A stretch of DNA of 64,000 nucleotides from assembly GCF_006345805.1 (NCBI RefSeq), contig NC_042998.1, positions 13,268,001-13,332,000 on the forward strand. Reading direction: 5' to 3'. The notes under the pieces are model-generated. The model did not search any database and was not told the origin of the DNA. It saw only the letters and a list, made by a program, of their open reading frames with translations. Shown one piece after another: positions 17,262 through 29,560 of the stretch. This DNA is from Octopus sinensis. Its lineage: Eukaryota. How positions within the stretch are numbered: position 1 is the stretch's first letter; the number at the start of each line of letters is the position of its first letter. A program made the position numbers and the translations under genes.

Positions 17262-19548
17262 ATGCTAGATCTGGTATTCTCCCGCTATCCAAGATCAGTG
17301 TCAGACGTATCTGTGTGCGCCCCTCTTGCCAAGAGTGATCATGCGGTCCTGAAATTCGTCATGCACACAACTTTTTCTACGCCCACGACTACTTCGCCGC
17401 CACGTAGAGTCTTCTCTGCGATTAATCTTGAAATTCTAACCGAGGCTTCCGCGCTTCTGGACTGGCGATCCCTGATGACGTTGTCCTCAGTTGACGAACT
17501 ATGGCCATCCCTCAAAGCATATGTAATCTGTTTGACTGACCAGGCAGTTCCGTTGGGCTTCCAAGAGGAAGAAACACAAGCCCGGGTGACGAAGAGGTTT
17601 TTAAACGAGAACGTCGACTCAGAGATATTGCTTGGGCTGATTTCAAAAATCTGGATTCGACTGCAGCTTTTGATGTGTACAAAACTCAACGAGACCGAGC
17701 CGTGAAAATTGAAAAGAAAGAACGCTTCAGTTACGAATACAAAATCGCGGCAAATGCCAGTAGCAATCCAAAAACCTTCTTTGCCCATGTCCAGCGGAAT
17801 TCCCGCTGAACAACCAGATTGCAACGTTGGTAGACTCAACAGGCGTATCGATTGAGGACCCTTATCAACAGAGTCAATTATTTGCCGAGGCTTTTTCAAC
17901 TATTTTCAAACAAGATGATGGTCGTGAACCCCCTCCATTTGATAGATCGGTACCTCCAATGCTTCGATTGGTCATCACGCGGGACGAAGTCAAACGTGTT
18001 ATTCAAGGCCTCGATGTCAACAAAGGTCACGGCCCTGACGGCTACACCCACGGGTTATCAAAGCGTTGGCTCCGGTCATCTGCGAGCCTTAACACGACTA
18101 TCCAATATGTCATTGGCGACGGGTGTTATAACCTGCAGACTGGAGAACAGCGATAATCTGCCCAATTTTCAAGAAAGGGAGCCGCGAAGACCTGCTTAAC
18201 TACCGACCGGTTTCCCTTACATCAATTATCAGCAAGATGTTCGAAACCATCCTTAAGAAAAGTATGATGCTCCACCTCCTAAACACAGCCTCTATCTCTG
18301 ATTCCCAACACGGCTTCGTGCCGAAGAGATCATGCTTGACCAACCTACTAGTAATGGAAGAATTGGTGACGCGCATCCTCGATGATAGTGATGCTGTTGA
18401 CATCGTTTTACTGGACTTTGCCAAAGCTTTTGACTCGGTAAACCACCGCCTATTGCTTGTCAAGCTTCAAGCATATAGTTTCCATCCGGATATTGTACGA
18501 TGGGTTGGTGCCTTCCTCTCAGATCGCTCCTTCCAAGTCAAAGTTAATGGTTCTCCAGTGCGAGCAGTGGCGTGCCTCAAGGTTCAGTGCTTGGGCCCTT
18601 GTTGTTCTTAGTCTTCATAAATGACTTGCCCGACGACCTCACGCAACAACACCCTTCTATTTGCCGACGATATCAAACTGGTCGCTCCTCGCGGTAATAT
18701 AGAGGATCTCGTCGATGCCTCCACCAAATTTGGAAGTGGTCTAACAATTGGGTGGACCTGTGTCTGAACGTGTCAAAGTGCTGTCATCTGCCTGTCGGCT
18801 CTACTCCATCTGCAACTCACTTGATTTCGAGCCGGGTCGTCTGCTGCTGGAGAGACCGATCAGGTAAAAGACCTAGGTATCTTGGTGGATTCCTCCTTTT
18901 TTTTGCCTTCGGCCCAGTGCGTCCATGCTGCCAACAAAGCACGCGGAATTCTGTTCTTGATTCGACGGTCATTCGGAATGCTCACAGCAGCCATATTCCT
19001 ACCACTCTATGTCACGCTGGTGAGACCCATATTGGAGTATGGGATTCAAGCCTCTTCTCCTTATCTCCTCAAAGACATACAGCATCATCGAAAGAGTCCA
19101 GAAGCTGGCTACCCGCATGGTTCATGGTCTCAAAAATTTGTCCTACGAAGAAAGGCTGAGGACGCTCGACCTTTATTCTCTTGAAAAACGCCGCCGCCGT
19201 GGTGATCTCATTCTCGCCCACAACATCATAAGCGGAAAGTGTAACCTCTCGAAGAGCTGTTCTTCACTCCTGCTCCAGAGCGTCGGCTGCGGGGTCATTC
19301 CGAAAAGCTCTACCTGCGACGATTTCATCTCAATCGAAGGAGAGGAGCTTTCTCCGTCCGGGTGCGGATCCGTGGAACAAGCTGCCAGACGAGATGGTGA
19401 AGATGCCGACGACCCCGCTTTGTTCAAAGCCTCCCTTGACCTCAAGTGGCCTGAACTCTTTACATGAACACCCCACTGTACTTAACTCCATGTCCCCCTA
19501 CATGGCCTTGCTATTTGCTTTTGAGCCAAATTAACTAACTAACTAACT
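17262..19548 (+). mobile_element. 5'-truncated, frameshifted CR1-type LINE (end of AP endonuclease, RT, 3' tail)
   Basis: LDLVFS...[12 protein letters not shown] (APE end); QHGFVPKRSCLTNLL...LDFAKAFDSVNH; LFADDIKL; RPILEY; [14 protein letters not shown]; (AACT)n tail. Confidence 0.92.
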
Positions 19549-20354
19549 ATCTATCTGTAGAAACTGCACTGTCTATGAACGTATCCTGTTGTTTAGGAAC
19601 CATCTTAACTCCTACAAGTGAGGCACTGCTTTCGTTACAGGGTAACTTTGCGTAGTGTTTACAATTATTAGTACGAGTGATGTGTTTAATCATATATATG
19701 TAATATGAAACAAGTGTCTCGAACGACACAGTTACACCTGTTTATCTTTTAATTCTTATCCTCACATTACCGTCTTGTCATATGCACCTTAAATATATTC
19801 TTAAGATTAATTTCTTACATTTGATTATAGACAATATAGATAAAACAGGAAAAAACATTTATTAACGTACTTATGGCCGTCATAATGACATTCTGAAATG
19901 CGCTGTTATCTATGTATTTCAAATATGAGCATACGCGCATGAAGCACACTATACTCATGTTTTATGTGCTAACGAGATTCACGTAACATCCTAATAGCTT
20001 GGAGAAAGATTATACCTAGCATACAGAATTAGAATTATGTTACCTGAGACGGAATATGCTGCAATGCAAATGCTTTACAAACATGTTTCTATGTATCCAT
20101 GTTAGGTTTTAGACTACACAAATAACATAACAGTGTATGCACAACATTTGTTCCCGGATAATTAACGATTGCATAACAATCAACTTTATAAATGCCTATT
20201 GGGGAATATATACACGTCTTAGAGTTTGTTTATCATTCTGTTTTTATGTATGTGTTCGCATACCAATGACTTGTTTATAGCGATGAAATGTTCATGCTGC
20301 ACAAACTAAGACAAAAAGACACACAAACACATAGAATATAAATATACGTATATC

Positions 20355-20476
20355 CGACAGGCTTCTTTTAGTTTCCGTCAACCAAAGCCACTCACAATAC
20401 TTTCCTCAACCCGAGACTATAGTAAACTGAACCCTGAACCATGCGGTTGGGGAACAAACTTCTTACTACCCGCCCG
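20355..20476 (-). mobile_element. Decayed SINE family A 5' part
   Basis: GGCTTCTTTTAGTTTCCGTC...CCCGAGACTATAGTA matches the copy at 35438. Confidence 0.65.
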
Positions 20477-22086
20477 TGTTTATAATTAACAAATATATAT
20501 AATTTGCTAAAATTCTTTTAATATTCGTAACATCATGCCTCTAGTATTTGACTAATTTATCTGTAGTCTCTGTTGTTTTAGTCCCATGCAAAGTAATAAA
20601 TAAACATTCGTATGTCAATTTATATTCCATTTATTATACTATTTGAGTTAACAAGAGCAAGCCAATTAATATGCATAGCGTAATAAAACTTTACTATAAA
20701 TAACTGCATATTTCAGCGTATGCGGCAAATGGCGGTACATTTACATCGAGTACTCAACTTTAAATCTAAAGAAGATTAAATTATATATCCCCTTGCAAAT
20801 ATATTTTACATGCAGATTTACCGAGTTCGTCATCTTGGTATTGAAGCCATTGTTTCGAAACATCTGATATCTCTAGGATTTCAGAAGTGAAGTTCCCCAA
20901 AACCCCAAACCGTAATCAATATTAAATCGAATCCACGGATATCATTCTTAATCAACGAAAATATTCTTATGTGAATTGCTGAAATGAGTGTCCACGTATA
21001 TAAATGCCTTGCAATGTGATCAGGTTCCGATCGTTTTCGCATTCGAATTGCCATACAGAATATAAAAAATTAGCGTGATATATAAGGAAAGAGCCAACAA
21101 ACATCACATAATGCAGAAAATAATCTTATAAGATATAGGAATGTATTAAAATGCTATTGCTTTAATATATTGAATCATCTCATAAATATATATTGAATCA
21201 GCTCATCCGTAAAAAAAAAACTCTCAACATAATTAGCCTTTCACAAATATTCCAAAGATATACTAAATTCAGTTTTCGTTGGATGTATAAAACAAAATTC
21301 AAAATCTCTAGGTAGAACGTAAGTTTATTGATTGCTCACAAAATAAACTTAATTGAAAATTAATAGTTGTATATGTCGTATGAAAAGATGATACAGTAAC
21401 CGGCTGACTGAATGAAAAGTTAAATGGAAAACATCCAATTGAAGTGACCTATATATTTATTCGCTTTCTGAAAACAGACAGAAATGCGTTCTCCTCAAAC
21501 AGATGCATTAATGCTTCAGATGAAAATTCTTCTAGGTTTCATTCTGCAATTGAGTTACCAACCACATAATAAATGTAGGCTGATATTCGGTTTTATATAT
21601 TCTTATACCGCAGTATCCGAAACTGTAGACTGCTATGGTTTTAAGTGAACAGAGTTTGAAAATTGATGTTTTCGGTGAACACAAGATGAAATCTAACATA
21701 AATTGAAACCCTACTGATTAGATAATTACGTTGCGCATTCAGTAAAAAAAAAAAAAAAATGATGAATAAATGTGTACACTGCAGGGAAATATTTACTTAT
21801 AAACCGATCTAGAAACAGGTGTGCGTGAAGCAAAAGTTGGAAATACGTATTGTTTGTACATAAAGATATCTCTTCTGGAGACGAATGTATTCCGTTATAA
21901 ATGTAAACTGCATCACTTTACGTACCTCATGAACGTATAAAAAATGAATACACTATCTAATCCTTGGCAAAGCATTGAATGCAGTCAGGATATATTCATC
22001 AAGTTCATAGACGTCCATTGTGCACATATTTCTGTGTGTGTTGAGTTTTTGCATATATGTGTTCATATATATATACACTATGTATA

Positions 22087-22143
22087 TGATTGATTGATTG
22101 ATTCTAGTTTCAGCCCACGAGCTGTGGCCATGCTGGGGCACCG
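22087..22143 (-). mobile_element. Isolated 3' terminus of the LINE at 12361
   Basis: Reverse complement GGTGCCCCAGCATGGCCACAGCTCGTGGGCTGAAACTAG-(AATC)n. Confidence 0.75.
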
Positions 22144-22513
22144 ATATATGTATATATATACATATATATATACATATATATATATATACATATGTATTAT
22201 ATATATATATATATATATATATACATTCATGCACACACACACACACTTATATATATATGTATGAATCTGGTTTTAAAAGGCTCGCTTCGAGAGTTGCATT
22301 CCTTCGCGTTCGGTACAATGTGTTTATTATGATAGTTTTGACTTGAAGGGTCCTTCCTAGCGTGTGGCATTTATGTATAGTAATGCCCTTAATATAAATG
22401 AATATATAGAAAAGGAATAATGAATGAATTTTTCCCTTATGAGGTTTTTCACGCTAACTACTCGATAAATTCTTATAAGGATTTAATCCTATTTCTTAAT
22501 TATATTTATATAT

Positions 22514-22553
<40 letters not shown>

Positions 22554-22611
22554 ATATATATATATATATATATATTATATAGATATATATATATATTATG
22601 CGGTGTGCATA

Positions 22612-22813
22612 TGTTTGTGTGTCTGTGTTTGGCCCCAACATCGCTTGTCGACCGATGCTGGTGTCTTTACGTCCCCTTAAGTTAGCAGTTCGTCATGTTC
22701 TATGCTTACAAAGAATATGTTCTGCTTACAAAGAATTTGCTCGACTAAACGCGGTGCTCCAGCATAGCCATAATGAAATGACTGAAACAAGTAAAAGAAT
22801 AAAAGAATAAAAG
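22612..22813 (+). mobile_element. SINE family A 3' half
   Basis: CCCAACATCGCTTG...GCGGTGCTCCAGCAT...GACTGAAACAAGTAAAAGAATAAAAG. Confidence 0.85.
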
Positions 22814-23024
22814 TATGTATATGATATTATTATAAATTTAGGATTTTACCAATAGGGCCACAACTTCAATCTCAGGAGAGCCTTTTTTTCTGGAGTGCAA
22901 TAGAAAGTTATATAACATAAGCATTTTAAAGCCTACTATAACGTACAATAAAACAAAGTATATTAGAATTAATTATAAATTATTTAAACATTTAAACATA
23001 TATTAAAAAAAAATATTACTTATC

Positions 23025-23404
23025 TGCTATTAGTCTGTGCCGAATATATATATATATAAATTTCGAAGGGAATGAAAAATATAAACATCTGCCATCTATC
23101 ACCTGGACGATGGTTTCGAGTTCTAAATTAGAAAATAAAATAATTTAGTCGGTGGAGCTCTCATCTGTAGGGACGCCAAGATTAATATATAAATACGAGG
23201 CAATGCAGTATATATATACTGCATTGCCTCGTATTTATATATTAATCTTGGCGTCCCTACAGATGAGAGCTCCACCGACTAAATTATTTTATTTTCTAAT
23301 TTAGAACTCGAAACCATCGTCCAGGTGATAGATGGCAGATGTTTATATTTTTCATTCCCTTCGAAATTTATATATATATATATATTCGGCACAGACTAAT
23401 AGCA
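23025..23404. repeat. 380-bp spacerless palindrome containing a decayed HHR-like motif in each arm
   Basis: Arms are exact reverse complements except for one TA unit; centre 23213/23214. Confidence 0.95.
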
Positions 23405-23534
23405 TTCCCTTCGAAATTTATCTCTAATAGTGGTTTGGATTTTGGCTTCTCATTCTAGCGTGCTAGGTGTCCTATGATAGTCACCTCCTATGTGTTTAAA
23501 TGTAAACTGTATATATATATATAATATATATATA

Positions 23535-23748
23535 TTGGTAAAACCGGTAAGATAACAAAAGAAAGCAATAGACCTCAATATTATGTAAATAGAGAAAATT
23601 TATCTATAAATTATATGTCACAATTACTCAAAGTCAAGATAAAATACTGAGTTTCAGATGCCGAAGTGGAAATCCACAACACCATCTCTTCGGTTATCTG
23701 AAACTCAGAGTTTTATCTTGACTTTGAGTAATTGTAACATATAATTTT

Positions 23749-23750
<2 letters not shown>
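23535..23750. mobile_element. Repeat with ~60-bp inverted arms (23605-23666 / 23688-23750) and a minus-strand HHR-like motif
   Basis: About 5 mismatches between arms; sister copy at 14318. Confidence 0.75.
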
Positions 23751-23799
<49 letters not shown>

Positions 23800-25136
23800 G
23801 AAAGCTGGTATATATATATATATATATATTCATATACATATATATTTGCACGCATAATATGCATACACATATAAATGTGTGTGTATGTATGTATGTATAT
23901 GTCTGAGATTGTATGTCTGATTGAGAGTCTATATATATGTATGTATCAGTTAACATGCAATCAGATTCAGACGAAAAATTGACACGGAGATATAAGCAGC
24001 ATTGTGAAAACTTTTAAAAGAAATGTGGACAAAATTTTGAGATTGAAGTAGTTACACAAAGTATCAAATTTCTTCATTCCGTTGGTTTTTCATTAAAACT
24101 GAATCGGATATGTCTAAAAGGACACCGTATATTTATTAATTGTGACAGTCGAACTTCATTAAATGTTATGTGCTCTGGTTTCTAACGAATGGATTTATTG
24201 TGTCTTTAATATCTGCGTCAATTTTCATTTCCTGTATCATACAAAAATAATACTAAAATTTCTTTGATGCTGTAGTATGTAAAACTGATATATTGTACCA
24301 TTTAATTTTATTAAGGTATAAAAATATTTGTGAAATTATCTTTCGTTTCTAAATAATGATTAAAAACATCAATAATCGAAACACTGAATACAATTTGTTC
24401 ATTTTATTTCAATGTATTTATGTTTATATATACGAATGTTGAGGTCTATATATGTGAATACTGCAAACGGGCAGTATATAGTATAGTGTTTGAAGCAGGA
24501 GAATCTTGCTTCACATTTTCCCAACATAAACAAAAAATGCATTATAAATATAATATAACCTGTATATAAATATGATATATTCATATAATTAAAGCCAAGG
24601 GAGCATTTAATTGTTTTGGTATAGCAGGAAATATAATGAAGTTTCATATGAATGTATGATATATACACATATATCTGTGTGTGTATGTGTGTGTACGTAT
24701 GTGCGTTTTTGTATATATGTGTGTGTATGTGTGTATGTGTGTGTATCTGCCTAAAAGCGCGTGGGTGTAAATACATATCGAGCTTAAAAAGGAAGCAATT
24801 CGAGTTACTGCAGGATCATAAGATTGGAACTACGTTGACATTATAATAGATTATATGATGTGCAATATCTATGATACGCGGCATAGGAAAGGTAGATTCT
24901 CGTAATAAATCTAACGCGTAATGTAATATTTCAACTGTTTAGAAAATTTCCAAAAAAAGAATGATATAAATTTACATATAAAGGATTAAGACCCAGTCTA
25001 TCTTGTCAGAAATATTTATTCAGATTCATATATTAAAGCTATGCATGTTAGACCCATACGCTTATATGCAGTAAAAACCACTCTCGCATAAATATATATG
25101 AATGTGACGTTTCATTGCACTCAAAAAGTAAAGTAA

Positions 25137-25292
<156 letters not shown>

Positions 25293-25369
25293 TAAACATT
25301 GTGCAATGAGTAAATTGTCGCCATTTTATACATTTAATTTTGCGCGTTGATTCATATTGCTTTTTCGAC

Positions 25370-26070
25370 TACACAGTATAGTATTAGAGTCAATTAGGCA
25401 CCGTCACCAAGAGAAACAGCACCATGAGGCAATTCACTCTACTAGCAATTTGAAAGCAACATGCTGTACTGCCTGGTGTTCGCGCCGAAAACTCCAATAC
25501 GAACATTACAGAGTTCTTTGGGTGTTAATCTGAGCTCCGTGCACAGGATTCGGAAAGAGTTGGATGTGCCCAATGGTGATTACGTAGTTACCTATCCTCG
25601 GAAAACTCACTTTGATCATTCTTGATAAAAAAAAAAGAACTCCTGAATTCGTTGGAGTGATCCAGGCCATGATTGACAACAAAGCATCCAAGTCAATCAG
25701 GTTTATCATCTGGGACATGTGAAAGTCTCAGCGTCTTATCAGGCAGGCAGTGCATAATAACATTCGGTATTCCGCACACAAGATGAAAAAGGGTCAATGC
25801 ATATCTCAAAGTATCAAGACGAAGATCAGATGACGAACACACAGAACAACCGTTGGCTTGCTGCATCCCCAAAGCATGTACCGAGAGTGATAAATTTCAA
25901 GCATCCAGTCAACATCATGGAGATTTGATTGATAGTTCGTGATGCCGAATTTATACCTCTATTCATCTTCCCACACACCCTCACACACAACACGGAGTTC
26001 TAAATCAAATGCCTGGTGGAGATTATGCTGCCCTGTGTAAAGAGGGTGGCTGCTGGCAGATCCCATACTG
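25370..26070 (+). pseudogene. Tc1/mariner (maT-like) transposase relic, internally deleted and 3'-truncated
   Basis: MRQFTL...VHRIRKELD...KRTPEFVGVIQAMIDN...DQMTNTQNNRWLAASPKHVPRVINFKHPVNIM...RVAAGR, homologous to the 52321 element. Confidence 0.8.
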
Positions 26071-26337
26071 GCAAAAGGACTCTTTAATATTTCAAGATAT
26101 TTTTGATGTAATTTTGGTAAATATATCTGTTAAAATGAGATGGCAGTGATATTTTCCTTTTTGCGCAATTCAGACTACAATTCATTCACAGCAAGCCATA
26201 TATATATATATATAATATATATATATATGACTTGCTGTGAATATATGAGAGGTAATGGGGTCAAGAAGATCGAAAGGGGCTTCTTGGCACCATTACCTCT
26301 CATAACCTCAATATGTATGTATGTATATATATATGTT

Positions 26338-26506
26338 TAATAAAATAGATGGAATGTGTAATATATTTTATTGGGCACAAAACATGTTTCAAGCTGACTC
26401 AAGAAATCTCTAGTGAGACTCTCTATTGATGTACCAGAGGAATCCCAGAAAGGGTCGAAACATGTACACAATAAAGTCTGTTACATATTTCATCTCCTAT
26501 ATTATT
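26338..26506. mobile_element. Short element with ~52-bp diverged inverted arms around a decayed HHR-like core
   Basis: AGATGGAATGTGTAATATATTTTATTG...ACATGTTTCAA vs reverse complement of TCGAAACATGT...CAATAAAGTCTGTTACATATTTCATCT. Confidence 0.7.
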
Positions 26507-28107
26507 AATGCTGTTACCCCAGCCACCACAACGAAGTTCCTGTAGTAAATCTACGGTTAACAACAGGTAATTGAATTTGTGCCGGTGGTTTACTCAACAT
26601 CCATTTATAGATTTTGTACAATTTCTCAATTATATATATGAATAACGGAAAAGAACAATATAAACTACGTTGCTAATAGAAATATTCGTGACTTCTCGGT
26701 CAATTATTTTAGATCAATTTGTTTTGACAGCATAGGCACTTAAAATTTAGAATTTTGGTATTTCCCATTGTCTAATTTAACTAAGATCTTATATTGTTGG
26801 GAAATGTAAATTGAAATATCTAAAATTGGTATCAACTGTGAGTTATAAAATATCACAGAAGTTCCAAGGAAACAGTAGATTAGTAAGCATTATTCTACGT
26901 ATAGTGAACACCACCCTACGTGTAGTGAACATTACTCTGAAAAATCACAGAAATAATTACTTTCATATCCTACATTCATGTGAAGTTAAGCAGCTATTTC
27001 TGAGTTATCAGTAGTTTTAAATAATATATATGAGACGTTTATTATAATATTATGAAGTCTAATACGCTAAATTAAGAGACAATTATAGGCGGCAAATTAT
27101 AGAGGTCATAGCACAATCGTACACCGAAAAGACACTTAACTATCTTTAATTAACCATAGGAAAGGCGCTATGAAAAGATAGAAAAGCTCCTGGAATAATT
27201 CTATTTGACAGACTAGTGAAAATTAATCTTATGTAGCCATTACTATATGATCAGAGTGACTACATTATTTTTTTCTGGAAATCACTTGTAAAATTATGTG
27301 CAGCTATATCATGAAACATCCTGCAGATTTTATATATATTTTATGTACCTCTATGTGGCAAAAATGCAAAGGAGGGGAAAATCTATTTAAATATTTTGGT
27401 AAAAGTACATGAAAATTAAAAGCGATTTATTGTTAAATACTATGTACAATTTTCTCAGGTATGCAAAACAATTTATTGGATAAATTGTACGAAAAATCAC
27501 TTAATCATTAGGTTAACATTGTGTGATTCCTTTCATTCCGGAAAACTGTCTCGATTCAGTACAATAGTACAATTCATGAACCATACAGAGACGCCATTTC
27601 ACGTACGATTTGTTGTGACGAACGGCTATTCACAAATTAAGGCAACAAGAATATTAACAAATTTGTGAACGTCTCTTGAAGAATTTCAGCTGTTAACTTC
27701 ATTTCTTAATAGCTGAAGATGAAAAAAGAAATCTCTTTCAAGTAGTTTATTGGCAATATCCAATAGTAAAAAGGGGATAACAATGACTGAATACGTTGGC
27801 AACAATGCAAATGTCTTCAAATAAGCCTAAATGATGTTGGTTTAAACTTAGATGTGTGAGCGTACGTACAAACCCGCATATATACACACACACATGCATA
27901 TAAACACACATATACAGATATACATGCGCATGTACAAATATTTGTAATTGTATGTCTATATCATTGCATACACACATAGTCTTTATGTGTGTACAACTGT
28001 GTACATGTACTTTGGTGGAAATAGCTTAGATTGAAATTCGCAAAGACTATACAAAACAAGTAGTGATATACACAAGCAACAAAGTTCTTAGTTGAGAATG
28101 TAGTGTA

Positions 28108-28169
<62 letters not shown>

Positions 28170-28440
28170 ATATATATTATATATATATATGTATATATAT
28201 ATATAATATATATATATATTATATATATATATATGTTCTCTCCTGTTTTAATTATTTATAACCTTCCCCTGAATCACATACGAATTTGAAATGTAGATAA
28301 CAAATACAATCTCAGATTTTGAACTTGAGAAAAGTCTTGCATTTATTTTACCGTTCCACTTACAGATTTTATTTGTAATGTGACAGTAAGCTGGTTGATT
28401 TTTTTCTGAAACCCTCCCTAAGCCAGACTGTCACATAACC

Positions 28441-28590
28441 TTTGGTCCCCCGTCGGTCATGGCTGACCATAGATGATGTCATCCGCCCGTTGAGTTGTCT
28501 ATTCAGTTTTTGCAACGCCTCATGTGTCTGTAGAGACCGATACAAGAGTGGCAGTCTCGTTTGAATCTCGTCTGTAACAGCCACATAACC
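28441..28590 (-). mobile_element. 3' end of an RTE-type LINE
   Basis: Minus strand RDCHSCIGLYRHMRRC (decayed C2H2-like motif ending RTE ORFs), then ATCTATGGTCAGCCATGACCGACGGGGGA. Confidence 0.7.
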
Positions 28591-28649
28591 ATACACTCAC
28601 AAAAGCAAGTGCACCAGTTTTTATTTGTATAAATGTAAATTTGTAGACC

Positions 28650-29560
28650 GGATATGAAAGGTAGATGTTTCAAAACAGTTGTCCATATTTATTCTCTGCC
28701 TCTTTATTTTCAAAGAGATATTCACATCTTTGTCCTAGCTGATTTCTATTACCGTTCACAATTTTTCTTTTCCGTCGGAAACAATAATATCAGGTCTGCT
28801 ATGCTTATATTTGACAGATGTTTCGATGGTAATTTTCCAACTTTTTCCTTGTATTTATGTTTGTATATGTTTTCAGTAACAAGGGCGTCTTCTATATTTA
28901 TTTCAGGACAATTTTGTTTACGATTGGCATTGTATATTGTTTTTGCGTCAAAGTCGTGTTGCATAGGGAGGTCGCATATTGATGATAATTTTAGGCAATC
29001 TGTGTTTTGTAGTAATCTGTTTTTCTTATATTGAAAATGCACAGCCATCGAAATCTGGTGCGATGCGGCGGTAACGACTCCAAAAGCGGCTTTGCCTCAT
29101 TTAGATAATACTGTCTTCTTCAATGCTTCGAGACGGATAACCGTGTATAGTTTTTTTGAAATATTCTGAGCGATTTGATGTATGATGATCCGGCTGATTT
29201 GGGGTTGTATGTGAGGTCATCAGGAATATAATGGATCTTAAGGAGCTCTGCCGACACGTAGGATACTGTTCTCTTCACGTTTTATCATGAAGATGGTGTA
29301 TTTATATTTGCCGCTTTTGTTTAGCAAGTGATGTCTGAGAAAGACATGACATTCGGATGTTTTTTGTCGTTGCCTTCAGGCTTGTGCTGCCTTTATCTCT
29401 TCTTAGAGACTGTCGATATCAATGTTTTCGTGGAGATGTCCAGTTGATGTCAGTATCTTGTGGATTTTAACGCCTCGGGTGCGGATTTCTTCTACAGATC
29501 AGTAAAGAATCACAAATGTTGGTATCAGCACTGGTACGGCAAATGCATTGTGGGATATTG
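28650..29560 (-). pseudogene. Very decayed Penelope-like RT relic
   Basis: Order of weak motifs HKP...; SY(D)IKSL; HFQYKKN...Q...; NIEDALV (YxDD position) fits a PLE RT; alignment by eye only. Confidence 0.45.
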
